This document shows, one piece after another, positions 27,151 through 39,496 of a stretch of DNA of 64,000 nucleotides. The notes under the pieces were generated by a model. That model was not told the DNA's origin. It was given only the letters and a program-made list of their open reading frames with translations, and ran no database searches. Both the position numbers and the translations under genes were made by a program. The stretch lies in assembly GCA_050084985.1 (NCBI GenBank), contig JBITNC010000002.1:5084001-5148000 (forward strand). The letters are read 5' to 3'. Within the stretch, counting starts at the first letter, position 1; each line of letters starts with the position of its first letter. The DNA comes from Nageia nagi. Taxonomy: Eukaryota > Plantae > Pinophyta.

Positions 27151-28090
27151 GCGCTGTTCTATTTGAGACTCTCTTGATCTGCAAAATTGTTGATCAGATG
27201 TTTGTCCCTCTATAAGCCACATTAAATGAGAGTTTCTGATTTCAAATGCAGTTTCGGAAAGCTTTTAAAAAATTTAGGAAAGGTGGAGTGCTCTTCTTAT
27301 CACGTCTGCAATTCAAGCTGGCAGAAATAAGTATTTTGACCTCTTACCCTTGACTCCAGCCTGAACTTTTAATGGGCAGATTTCGCACAGGAACCCTTCT
27401 GAGCTCAATTGTTTTTTAAACCACATACTTTCAATATCTGTGTGCTTCCATTTTCATGCCAAAATGTACTCCTTCAGAGGGAATAAGAGGCTTCATGGGC
27501 CTAGTAATTACCACTCTTGTAAGCGCCAACTGCAAAATCTCCTTATACATCTGGATGGTCAATGTATGTTGACAGACAGGAATCCCAATAGTCTAGAAGC
27601 ATTGTGAATAACAAGGTTAACAATCAAGCACATGCCTTGTTGCAAACTAGCTTTGCATAATAATGTGGAAACTTTGGATGTTTTGGAAGAAAGTCTTGTG
27701 GCAATCCTTCCATATGGAATCTTGTACCCTCTCCAAATTCAACCAAACATGAAACCAATATCGCTTGCTCTTCCACAAAGTACTATGAGATTGAGGAGAT
27801 TCAATCTGCTATTGAGATTGGTGATTCTAGTTCTTGTTTTGAGGATTCATCTTTTAAGCATGATTGGGCATGAGAATAGTATACATTTTACTCCTAACAC
27901 CTATTTCAACTCCTTCTATGTATGGTGTGTGGAATGTCTCTAGTGATAATGGTTTCTACTCCAAACCTTTGGGTCCTCGACAAACTTTGAGACCGCTCAT
28001 AAGGATTGTTGTGTTGAAGAAATGCTTTGTAAAGCAAGTATGAGCTGAGAAGAAAATTAGGTAGAAAAGCACAACAATGTAAAAGGATAT

Positions 28091-31000
28091 TGTCAGATCG
28101 AACTCCATGTTTATATATTGAAAGAGAGAATTAAGGATCTTACATTTGAGTGTATTATTTATAGATATGGATGGAGAGGTTATATGAACCAACTCCCAAA
28201 CTACCTGTGGGATTAATGTCCCCATTAAAACAAATAGAAATCTATCTAACTATTACAACACAACCCCTATTAGATTAGTGCTGTTAACATTCCTCCCTTT
28301 AATCTAAAGGGGTTGATGTAATTCCGAGCATTTGTCTGAATTTCTCGAACTTCACTCTTCCAAGCACCTTGGTGAAAATGTCTGCTGTTTGGTCTTCAGT
28401 AGAACAATGTTTCAATCAAATTGTTTTGACTTCAACATAATGTCGAATCAAATGATACTTCGTGTTGATGTGTTTTGTTCAATCATGAAACTTGGGATTC
28501 TTAGCTAACTTGATTGTAGAAGTATAGTCAATTAGAAGCGGAGTGGGAAGCACTTGTTTCTCCTACAAATCTTCAAGTATCTTCCCAAGCCACACAATCT
28601 CCTTTGTTGCCTCTATTGCAGCCACATACTCTTCCTCAGTAGTGGAATTTGGTGGAACAGATTGTTTTCGTGATCTCCAGGAAATAACTGTTGATCCAAG
28701 ACTTATAAGATATCCTGGAAGTAGAAACTCCTTTCTCCTTATCACCATCAAAGTCTAAATCAGAATATCCTATCAATTTGAAGTCTCTCACTTTTGAGTA
28801 TTTGAGACCAAAATCATGAGTTCCTTTTAAATATTGAAGGACTCTTTTCGCTGCTACCCGATGGCCTTCACATGGTTGGTGCATGAATTGAGAAAGAATT
28901 CCAACCACAAATGAAATATCTGGTTTGGTAGTGGTTAGATAAATGAGACTTCCAATTAGTTGTCTATATTTTGTAGCATCTTTGAATTGATTCCCCTCAA
29001 TTGATGTCAATTTCAAGTTCTATTCCATTGGAGTAGAAAGTGGTTTACAATCTGTCATACCAAACTTACTCAACAATTCTCCAACGCATTTCTTTTGAGA
29101 AACAAATATGTAGTGCGGCGCTTGAGTCACTTCAACACCCAAATAGTAATGAAGATAACCCATATCAGTCATTTCAAAACCCTTCTTCAAATCTTGTTTC
29201 ACTGATGCAATGAAACATTCAGGCTGAATCATGTACACATTTTCTTTTAGATCACCATTCAAAAATGCAGACTTCACATCCATTTGATGCATCTTCCATC
29301 CATGCTGAGCAGACATAGCTATCAAAGACCAAATAGTTGCCCATTTAGCAGTAGGAGCAAACGTCTCATCATAATCAATGCCTTCCTTCTGTGCATAGCC
29401 CTTAGCCACAAGCCTCGCCTTGTGTTTGTCAAGTGAGCCATCAAATTTGTATTTATTTTTATAGACCCACTTGCAACCAATTGGTTTGGTTCTGTATGGA
29501 GGATCTACCAACTTCCAAGTTTCATTCTTGATTAGGGTATCATACTCCTTTTTCATGGCTTCTATCCATTCATCATGAGGAATTGCCTCTTTGAAGGAAG
29601 TTGGCTTGAAATCAGCAGAAAAGTTCAATTCCGTATCAAAATTACAATTTATGTCTTCACTAGAAAGGCCATCATCAACTACATCATCTAGAATTGAACC
29701 TTCTAAGTTTCTATTTTCTTGTCTAGCCCAATAGGAACTTCTTTTTCTAGTCTTCCCTATTTCATCAGGTTTAACCATATCAAAAGTTCTTTCCAACCAC
29801 TTTGGTATTTTGTGTGTTTTACCTAGTTGCTCACACGGCTAAGGAGGAACTTGATTGCCATCAATACTCAACCGTCCAATCCCAGCAATCACATCATCCA
29901 ACTGGTTCGCAGGTAATGACACTGATGAAGTAGAAGAAATGGTTGAAGAGGGAGTTTGTTCTTCGAGAACAAGTTGCAAAGATTCCAAAGATTGGTCCAA
30001 TATAGGTATCCCCCCTTCAAGATTTGGAATCTCATAATCTGCTTCAAAATAATGCTTCCCACGAGTAAACCGATCAAGGTGTTCAAGCTATCGTTCAACA
30101 ACATTGTCGCCTTTGGAAATTTCAAGAAACACATCTTTGGCAAAGAGAAACTTCTTGTTTACCTCATCATAAAGCTTGTATCCTTTGGTTTTATCTGAAT
30201 ATCCCCAAAAAATACACTTGCGACTCCTAGCTCCAAGCTCGGTTCGTTGTTCCTTAGGAATGAGCACATAACATGTGGAACCAAAAATCCTAAGATGTGC
30301 ACTGAAGGAACTTGACCAAACCACAACTCAAATGGAGTCTTGTTTTCAAGAGCATGAGAAGGAGATCTATTTCTCAAGTAGACAGTACATTGAATTGCAT
30401 CACCCCAAAACATTAATTTCATATTCTTGAAAAACAACATAGCATGGACCATATTCAAAGAGTGCGATTCGTATGCTTAGCAACACCATTTTGTTGAGGA
30501 TTATGAGGAACAATAGTCTGATGTTTGATGCCATGTTGGTGTAAATAAGCAATAAACTCAATACAAGAATATTCCCCCCATTGTCAAAATGTAAAGTACC
30601 TATACGAGTTCGGGCTTCATTTTCAACACCAACATGAAATTCTTTGAATTTGGAAAAAGCATCAAACTTATGTTTCAACAAATAAACCCAACACATCTAT
30701 GAAAGTCATAAGGTATTTGTTGCCAGCTGCAGAAGGAACGGGAAATGGACCACACAAATAAGAGTGGATGAGTTCAAGTTTCCTAGTGGCTCTCCAAGTA
30801 GAAGTGGGAAAAGGTTGCTTGTGATGCTTACCTAGGATACAGGCTTCACAAGGGTCAATGTTCCTAGGAATAGTAGGCAAACCAGAAAATCCTCACTTTT
30901 TCAAAAGACGAAGATCATCAAAATTAAAAAGCCCAAATCGTGAATGCCATAAAGGACTGGATGATAGAGTACCTTTGTCTTGGTGGGTGAGAAAAGCAAA

Positions 31001-33992
31001 GTTCTTTGATCGGATAGCAATCCCCTTGAGCTTCAACTTCTTCTCATCATCAACTCCAATCATCACGATTTGATTATCCACCGAGCGATGAATCTCCACC
31101 TTACCATCAAAGATATGTATAGAATGAACCTGTTGACGAACAAGAACAAGCGAAAGCAAATGCCTCTTGAGCTCAGGAAGATAAAGAACATCTTGGAGAA
31201 CAAAATTTGCAAACCAATATGTCGAAAACTCATATGACATGAAGCACTTGTATCAAGCAACCAAGCATCTTGCCAACCGGAAAAAGAAGTATTCACCACG
31301 ACATCTAAGCCAACATTGCACTCAATAATCACAAAATGAGCGGAATTTGCAATCTTAGCTTTATCAGCATCTTTTTTCTCCTGAATCTTTTTCCATGGCA
31401 TCCAGCAAGTAGCAGCATCATGCCCCTTTTTGTTGCATCGAGTACATTGAAGATTCGATTGATCTCCTTTTTCACCTTGACCACCTTGATTTCTACCCCC
31501 TTTGCCTTTGGAGTTCTTTCGTCCTCAACCTCTGTTACTGTTTTCACTTCAAGACGAATCATGAGATGAATGTTTGCCTTTTTGTGCTACACACGCTATC
31601 TCAGAAGAAGAGTCACACATTTTCTTTCCAAAAGCCTTTTCACGTTTTGCAATTCTCAGCTAAGGTGTCAAAAGTGAGCGCCTTTAGTTGTCCACTTGCT
31701 TGCAACGACTCAAGATATGTTGAGTACATAGGGTAGAAGGCTTTGATTAATGTTGCAAGGGCAGTATCAATATTGACACCAGTTGCTGTAATGTCATGCA
31801 TGATCGCTTGTATTTCCGAAATCAACTTCATAGGATCATTATCTATTAACTACAAATTGAATAACTTCAATTGAAGTTGTATTAACTTCAATTCAAAATG
31901 AGAGTCATATAGCTTTTGTAATTTCTTCAATGCATTCCAAGCATCATCAATGGAAGAAATGTGCCTATTTACTTCCTCAGTAATAGAGGTAGCTATCAAA
32001 GCATATGCCTTGCAATTTTTCATATTCCATATTGCAAGTTCTTTTGCGTCTGTGGGTTGAGTGGGAGCAATGTCTCCATCACAAACTCCAATCTAGAAGT
32101 CATTAAAAATTAGCGTGTGCTTAAGTTTCTAATGCCATTCAGACCAATTGTCCTTACCAGAAAAAACAACACTGATGATACTCACTAATGAATGCATGAT
32201 AACATAATTCTTTAACAAAACTTTTAATTATTGTCCATACCAAAGAAAATTTCAACCCAAAAACACTAAATGCTTTTATTCATCAACTTTCTTTGCTCAT
32301 AAACAGACTTTTAGCAAGAAAGTATAAAGCATTACATTTGATCATGTGCAGTAAGACCCAATTCCACTTCCATGGAAATGCTAGGCAAAATAGGCTCAAA
32401 CTGATGTTTCTTAGTATCATTGGGAATAATAAAGACTTCAGGAGGTTGTGTTGTAGGAGTATAATATTCAGATGACACTTCAATTATCTCGGGAGATGCA
32501 ACTATCACAAGATTATTTTCTGCCACGGATTCTTCCTCAAGTTCACTATCACTAATAATAACTAATTCATGAACATCATGATTATTTGCTTCATTTGTAC
32601 CAAAAGAAGATTCTTCATACATATCTATAGAAGGATCAAATGATATCTAATGTTCAGCAACATAAGTCCTCAATCTATGAAACACCTCTTCAAGACCAAA
32701 ACGTTCCACATCTTGATCAAAATCTCTTGGATTTATGGTCACCAGATACTCTCAGAGTGCATTGTAACAACCTTGAGGATGCATAATAAGTTCTTTATTT
32801 CTCCAAAAAGCTCTCAAAATTTTTCAAAAAAATAATATTATCCCACCAAAAATAAATATTTTAGGGAAATATTATACCTTCAAATTTTATTTCCAAAATG
32901 TAAGTTTAACACCCTCCAAATGAAAATAATGCCTCAAGAAGATTGGAACTTGTGACCTCCTATGAACAAACCAAAAAATTAAACTGGCTGAAATAAATTT
33001 AAATCCAGACTTTAGGCAACATTAAAAATGAAAGTCGTCTGATTAATAGCAAGCAATTTCAACCTTTGAGTCAAATTGGGCAATTTAATTTTTTTACGAT
33101 GACAGGCACCAACAATTGTTTTCAACAGCACCCAACCAATGTTTTTAAAATGCAGAAGCACCTAGGAAAAATATTTTTTAAGACGTTGAAGCACCCAACA
33201 AATATTTTTAAAAACATAGAACAACCTTAGTCATCCAACAATTGAACATTTCACTTTACACTTACTCTACTCACGCTAGTTTTCAAAACGTCAAACAATG
33301 TCTGGCAGGCTGGTGTTTTACAGGCGTTTCATTTGTAGATTGAGTGGAATGTCATATACCACCAGGCTTCCACTACCGTGTCATATTTCCACTGTCAGTC
33401 TCTCAAATCTCCAGCAAATGATAACATCGGGCAAGCAACTTTCAAAACGGAGAACAATCTTGGTAGGCCAACAAAAAAACATATGGCGCATTCACATCTA
33501 CTCACGCCCTCTCATGCCCTCTAGCACCTTGCGCCTTCTTTCTTAATGTAGGCTCCTCTATATTGTCTTCACTTCACTTTTATGCCACGAACATTAGCAA
33601 GAACAGAAATAGATAGCCATATGCGCTTCCTCCATTAAACATTCAACATTCTATGTTTCCTCAGTCTCTCAACAGAGTTCACGCCACCAATTCAATTCTG
33701 ATCTGCAACTACTTCAACAAATTTACACCATTCTTCTCACAGTACGAACATGATAAACTTCATGGAGTTATCTTTCAACATGGCTCTGATACCACTGTCA
33801 AATTGAACTCCATGTTTCTATATTGAAAGAGAGATTAAGGATCTTACATTTGAGTGTATTATTTATAGATATGGATGAAGAGGTTATAAGAACCAACTCC
33901 CAAACTACATGTGGGATTAATATCCCCATTACAACAAATATAAATCTATCTAACTATTACAACACAACCCTATTAGATTAGTGTTGTTAACA
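28091..33992 (-). mobile_element. Element C: full-length decayed Ty1/Copia retrotransposon with ~200-bp LTRs
   Basis: LTRs 28091-28289 and 33796-33992; perfect PBS TGGTATCAGAGCCA (33781-33794, -); PPT TTAAAGGGAGGAA; Copia domain order gag (ATG 32197), PR 'WLLDTSASCHMS', INT 'LELIHSYLCGP', RT '[35 protein letters not shown]', RH 'STTEEEYVAA'. Confidence 0.93.
32332..32784 (-). pseudogene. Extra ORF upstream of gag in Copia element C (~150 codons, acidic C-terminal half)
   Basis: One frame from ATG 32784 (MHPQGCYNAL*EYLVTINPRDFDQDVERFGLEEVFHRLRTYVAEH*ISFDPSIDMYEESS...); both internal stops are explicable as C>T (CGA>TGA, CAG>TAG). Confidence 0.45.
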
Positions 33993-34832
33993 TATACTTC
34001 ATCCAAATTCAATATCTTTGTTGATGTGGCAACAAACTTTGAGACAGTCATGAGAATTGTTGTGTTGAAGAAATGCAACGATTTGAGAAGCAAATCAAGT
34101 AGAAAAGTACAACATAAAGTTATAAACATATGCTTCATCCGATTTCAACATCTCGCAACATTCATGCATATCCACAAGAATAACACTTCCACACTTATCA
34201 TACTTGTAGATACACAAGAATAAAAGTGATATGATATGAATTCAAAAGTAAACCCAAGCCATTCAAAATGCATAAGCTATAAACCTTCACATAACAAACA
34301 CAAATCCAAAGTGTGTGAACAAAAGAATGTGTGTGGATCATAGTCCTAAATAATTACAATAAGACTATAATGATAAAGGATGATGTGAATCTGCCAAAGG
34401 TGGATGGTATCAATGCACAAACCCTATAAACTTATGGCTCATGTAATAGTGTTAAATAATATAAATATTTTAGTGGGCATGATAAGTGTTTACTAATAAA
34501 AATATATTAGTAGGTACTATGTGTGTATATATATATATAATAAATAGTAATATTTTTTAATTTATTTAAGTATTTAATGCCATAATATTGATGCTCTACA
34601 TTGTTTGCCAATATTAAATCTCGCATGTTAGTGCATGTGAATCTCAATGTGCTTGGTCCTTTGATGCATAATAAGGCTCTTTGAATGTGCCATGATGCCT
34701 TGATTATCCACAAGTAAAAGTGTGGGACCCTTCTTCCTTCACAACCAAGCTCCTTAAGAACTATTGTAGCCATGTGAACTCCTAAGTCATATGATCCATG
34801 CTTTAGTACTGACTTCCATTGGAGACATAGCA

Positions 34833-37800
34833 ACAACTTGTGTCTCTCTCCATTGTGTTGTGCATTGTTTATGTATGTGTGTGTGTCTCTTGTATACTGG
34901 TGTAGGAAGCTTTATTGCATTTGTGGATGTTCAAGCATTCCATATTCATCTATGAGGCATTCGTTGAGGTGCCAAGTGTTGGTGTGTGCCCTAGAGGGAT
35001 GACATCAGGGTGTAGGGGTTGTGTGGAGGCCTTGGGAGGCTCACGTCTACATTGTTGTGTCCTTGGGTGCCCTAAGGGCCCAACGTGGGTGTGTTTGTAT
35101 CATTGGTTGAGGGTTTGAATACCGTAGTAGAGTTGTTTTTGTTGAGGGTGATTTTTGGAACATCACAAGTGGTATCAGAGCCAAGATCTTGCCATCTTGA
35201 GGGAATGGAGGGCCGATCTATAGTTACTGTGAAGAAGTCCGAATACGGGTTGAAGGTTTTTCGTCGTTTCCTTCAAAGGTTCAAGGAAGAGAAGATTCCA
35301 AAGGTGGAGAGGGCGAAGCTCATCTAGTATTTGGAAGAATGGCATGCAGAGAGGATGAGAAAGAAGAAGGGAAGGCCATGGCTACCCAGGCCAAAGCCAA
35401 CACACAAAACACCACCACAGATAGAGATATTGCTCTAGATCTATCGCAACATGACTAAGGAGTTCCAGAGAGATGTCACCTTTCATGTGTACCAAGACTT
35501 GTTGAGGTACGAGGTGAACGCATGGGATGGGAACATGATTGGGGAGATTGGAACCAGCCCGACCTCAACGACCAAGCCAAAGGAGGGTTTCAAGGAGGAT
35601 GCAACCTTGGATCTGAAGAAGAAAGCCGAACAAGAAATAGCACCCCGATCCAGTGCCACGAGCCACAAACTGGAAGCAATTACGAAAGTGATCTTGACGA
35701 AGAATGTAGATGCTACAATCTGGAAGGGAGCTATTAAGGGTGTATGCGTTTTCACATTGGCCAAGGGAGGCCCCAAGTTGGAAACTGGGGAGGCCAAGAA
35801 GCATCCATCCAAGATCCAAAGCATCCTGGATCAATATCTGAACGTGTTTGAGGATAATGCCTTGCATCAGAAAAAGAAGACAGAAAGAGAAGCCACGTTG
35901 CAGCCTGAGGAGCCAAGAGGGGCCACATTTGTCGTGGAGTCCCCACACCCCACGTTGCATTTTGGAGATCTTGGAGGGGGGACGTCAAGGATGGAAGGGC
36001 TCCTATGTCCTACGTTGCAATTTGAGGAGCATGGAATGTGCACAGTTGGGTTGGAGGAGCCATCATGGTCTATGTTGGGCATGAGGAGGCCTAAGCATCC
36101 CACGTTGGAGGAAAAAGTGGCTGATCACCCTACCTTGGGTCTGAGAGAGCTTAGGTAGCCTACATTGAGCCTTTGGAGGCTTGGGCACCCGACGTTAGGA
36201 TTGGAGGAGGTGGAGATTGCCGCATTGAGCCTCAGTAGGCTTATGGGATCCACGTTGGATGAGGAAGGAGCCGAAGATGCTGTGGAGAGTCCTTAGACTC
36301 TTGGATACCCAATGCTTGGGACGGGGTGATGAAACCTCTCACACGGAACTTTGGGTGACTTGGACACCTCATGTTGGACCTTGAGAAGGTGAGGCAAGTC
36401 ACGTTAAACTATGAGGGGGTAGGTCACCCCACGTTGAGCCTCGGAGAGAGATTCATGAATCTAGACTCTTGGAGAGGTCGGACACCATGGATCCATAAGG
36501 ATCTTAGCTTGGAGAATGAGCTTCTTGCTTTGGGAAGGTATGACTTGTTCTTCAATACAGCTTTGTTAATCACTAATCTTGTTCTTGGCATAAACAATTG
36601 CATACATAAAAGAAGAGAGACTGTTGATAGCTACATCACTTGCACAACCATTGTAGGATTCCCTCTTACAGTTTCAGTCTACAAGGAAATACTTGCAGCC
36701 GTGAGTATGGAACGTTGTGTTCCAAATGATCACTTGAGGTGTTGGAGGTATGCATGGTCCGTCCGTTCAGCCTTGTTGGTTTTAGATCTCACTTTGGAAG
36801 ACAAAGGCTTTGACAATGTCACAATGAGAGTGATCATAGTATCATCAACTATCATTGTTGGGAGGGCTATTGTTGCAGTACTTCCAATCACAATTGACAT
36901 GATGATGCAGGTTGCATATGATGGTATATTGACTGATAAAGTCAAGGTTGCATTGGGTGTTGCTGTCCACTCATTATGGGCTGCATTTGATGATGTTATG
37001 GTTGTTGCAAGAGAAGGAGCAAACACTAATGTTGTCATACATGAGACTGATGCATTTGGTGAATTTGAAGTTGCTGTTCACATAGGGAAGGTTGCGTTTG
37101 TTGACACTCTTGAGGCTGCACTTGGAAGTGTATTGGTTGCCAAGGTGAAGGGGGCTGTTGATGCATCATCTTATGAGAGTTTGAGGGCTTCCAATCGCTT
37201 ACTATGGTCTGCACATGTTAGGGTATTGGCTGATGTTGATACACGGGCAATGATGGCATTTATGGAGGATTCCATTCATGTCTTAGGAGCAGCACTTGAT
37301 GACATGATGATTGTCTTTGTTTGGGCTGAATGTGAAGCCACATCTGCCACTTGTTTGGAGGCTGCATCTAATGTCATGATGGCTGCATTTTGGACTGCCA
37401 TTCTCAGGAAGATTGAGACTGATGAACAATACATAGGGGTTGTTTTGATGATGCATGGGACTGTTCTTGCATATCTTGATTATAGAGTTGTCTTGCATGA
37501 GTTAAGAACTAAGATTGATGTCTCTTTGATTGTTGTTAGTAGCTGTACTGTTACCGTGTGCCGTGATTATGGATTGAGGATTGTTAGCTTTGATTTTATG
37601 GCATTCCTAGACACCATTGAAGACTTGACGTTGGCAACCATGAGCACATGTTTGCACATTGATTGGGGAGTCTTGAGGACTAATGATGAGTCATTGCATG
37701 CTGATTTTTGGAGGGCTATTGAGTACACCCTTTAGGCTGAGTTTGCTGATCTTGATGTAGTTTCAATGGACACTTGGAGAGTTATGTCTCTACATGATGA

Positions 37801-39087
37801 TATTGTAATGGCACCCTTGGAGCATGATGTGTTCTATTCTCTGAGGTGGCTTTGGGATCCTAGATTGTATTGTAGTTGCTTGAGGGCAAGCCATCCCAGG
37901 AGGGGAGGCTTTGTGACATCTCATTTGAACCATTGAGAAAATATGTCATGGTCACTTTGTAATCTAGTATTTGTTTATGGTCATGTTGTACTTGTGCAAC
38001 TCAAGCAGGAGCTTATGGTTTGTGGAACCCACTGTGAGCCCAGAAATGGGATGTCTCCCCTTGAGTAGTGATGTTGTGTTATGTGTATGGGTAATCCCGG
38101 ATTGTGGGAATCCCAATGTAGTGTTGTGTGTATGGGTAATACCGGATTGTGGGAATCCCTATAATATCCCCTTTCAGAAGATAGAGTTTGCCACAAGTCT
38201 TGGAGAGTTGATATGATTGGTTCTTTGGATAGGGCATCTCGTGGGCAACATTTGGACAGGTCACACATGGTTTCATCAAGGAACGAAGAAGTTATGGGCT
38301 CTTAAAGTTAGCTAGCCGGACCATTCTTGCACTTCATGGCCGCCCACAAAAATCTATGAACAACTCTATATTGACCCCTTGAAATGTGATGTCCCACTCC
38401 TTGGGATGTGAGTATGTTGTGATGTGTATTCAATGCATGTAGCAATAGTAATGGGATCATTTGTCTAAGTTGTGATGCATGATTCCAAGGCGTTGCATAT
38501 CTAGCCATTGGATCTTGTGATTACGGGTATCCCTAGGCAACATTAGAATAGAAAGGCATGCACATGATTCCTAGGTGAGATCTAGGAGAGATTATATATT
38601 GATGATGGAGCTCCATGATGAGGTTAGCTATTGATTATACTTCTTCTATACTGAACCTGATCGAGCATACAAGTCTTGGCACTCCTGAGCATTATTCCTA
38701 GACGACATCTAGAGGAGTGACAGGGTTGGGAGCCTGGCATTCTGACTTAGGTGGATCACCTAGTCCATCCGGTGTTATTTTGAGGGCGAGCTTCCACCTT
38801 CAATGGTCACCAGGGTTCGAGGAGGCTCCTTCGTAGGAGAGGATTCAGAGTCTGAGGGAGTGAGTCTTTCCTATGGTGTTCGACTAGCAGAGGGTTTGGA
38901 ACACTAAATCTGGATATTGAGATCCTCATTGTACTTTATACCATTTCATAATAAAATACAACTTGTGTCTCTCTCCATTGTGTTGTGCATTGTTTATGTA
39001 TGTGTGCGTGTCTCTTGTATATTGGTGTAGGAAGCTTTATTGCATTCGTGGGTGTTCAAGCATTCCATATTCATCTGTGAGGCATTC
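34833..39087 (+). mobile_element. Element H: non-autonomous Gypsy element of the A/B family with both LTRs truncated
   Basis: Partial 5' LTR 34833-35167 (ends CATCACA); PBS TGGTATCAGAGCC 35170-35182; PPT AGGAGGGGAGGC; 3' LTR from TGTGACATC at 37912 to 39087; 34833-34962 matches 38958-39087. Confidence 0.85.
35205..37934 (+). CDS. Element H long ORF: gag-like N-terminus, pre-RT linker, 10-aa PTL repeats and a novel C-terminal region (interrupted)
   Basis: ATG 35205 is in frame with ORF 35451-36158 across TAG stops; one frameshift near 36330-36370; then a 454-aa open frame 36371-37735 continuing past TAG to '...LRWLWDPRLYCSCLRASHPRRGGFVTS'. Confidence 0.55.
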
Positions 39088-39122
39088 TAGATTACCTTGC
39101 TTCCGTTGTGTGCTTTGTATTT

Positions 39123-39135
39123 TGGTATCAAAGCC
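39123..39135 (+). promoter_or_regulatory. Caulimovirid tRNA-Met primer binding site, opposite strand to the viral ORF
   Basis: TGGTATCAAAGCC preceded by GCTTCCG; no LTR end (CA) immediately before it. Confidence 0.6.
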
Positions 39136-39434
39136 AAGTATATTTGTGTCTATAATATTTCAATTCTTATTGTTAATGTCCACGAACTGCATAGTTCATG
39201 GTATGCTGACAGTGAGTTTCAAACTGAAATACTAGTTTGTATAACCTGGTCAATCTTCCCCATCCAAAGAGATCTACTTGTTATGTAATGTTTCTGAGAG
39301 CAATATAATGGCTCAATATTGAATCAACGATTTACAATCAATATTCTCTAGATCTAAATCTAAACCGTAGAAAGCATCGCTTATTTGCTACAGTAACTAG
39401 ATTTGACTTAAAGTTGGTCACATAAAGATATTCC

Positions 39435-39441
39435 ATTTATA
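39435..39441 (-). promoter_or_regulatory. Probable viral promoter TATA box
   Basis: CTATAAATGG on the - strand ~55 bp downstream of the last viral ORF, the usual position of the caulimovirid pregenomic RNA promoter. Confidence 0.5.
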
Positions 39442-39496
39442 GCCCAAATGGATAAGCATAAAGTTATTCCACTCACACGCCGAGTGGATAAGGATG

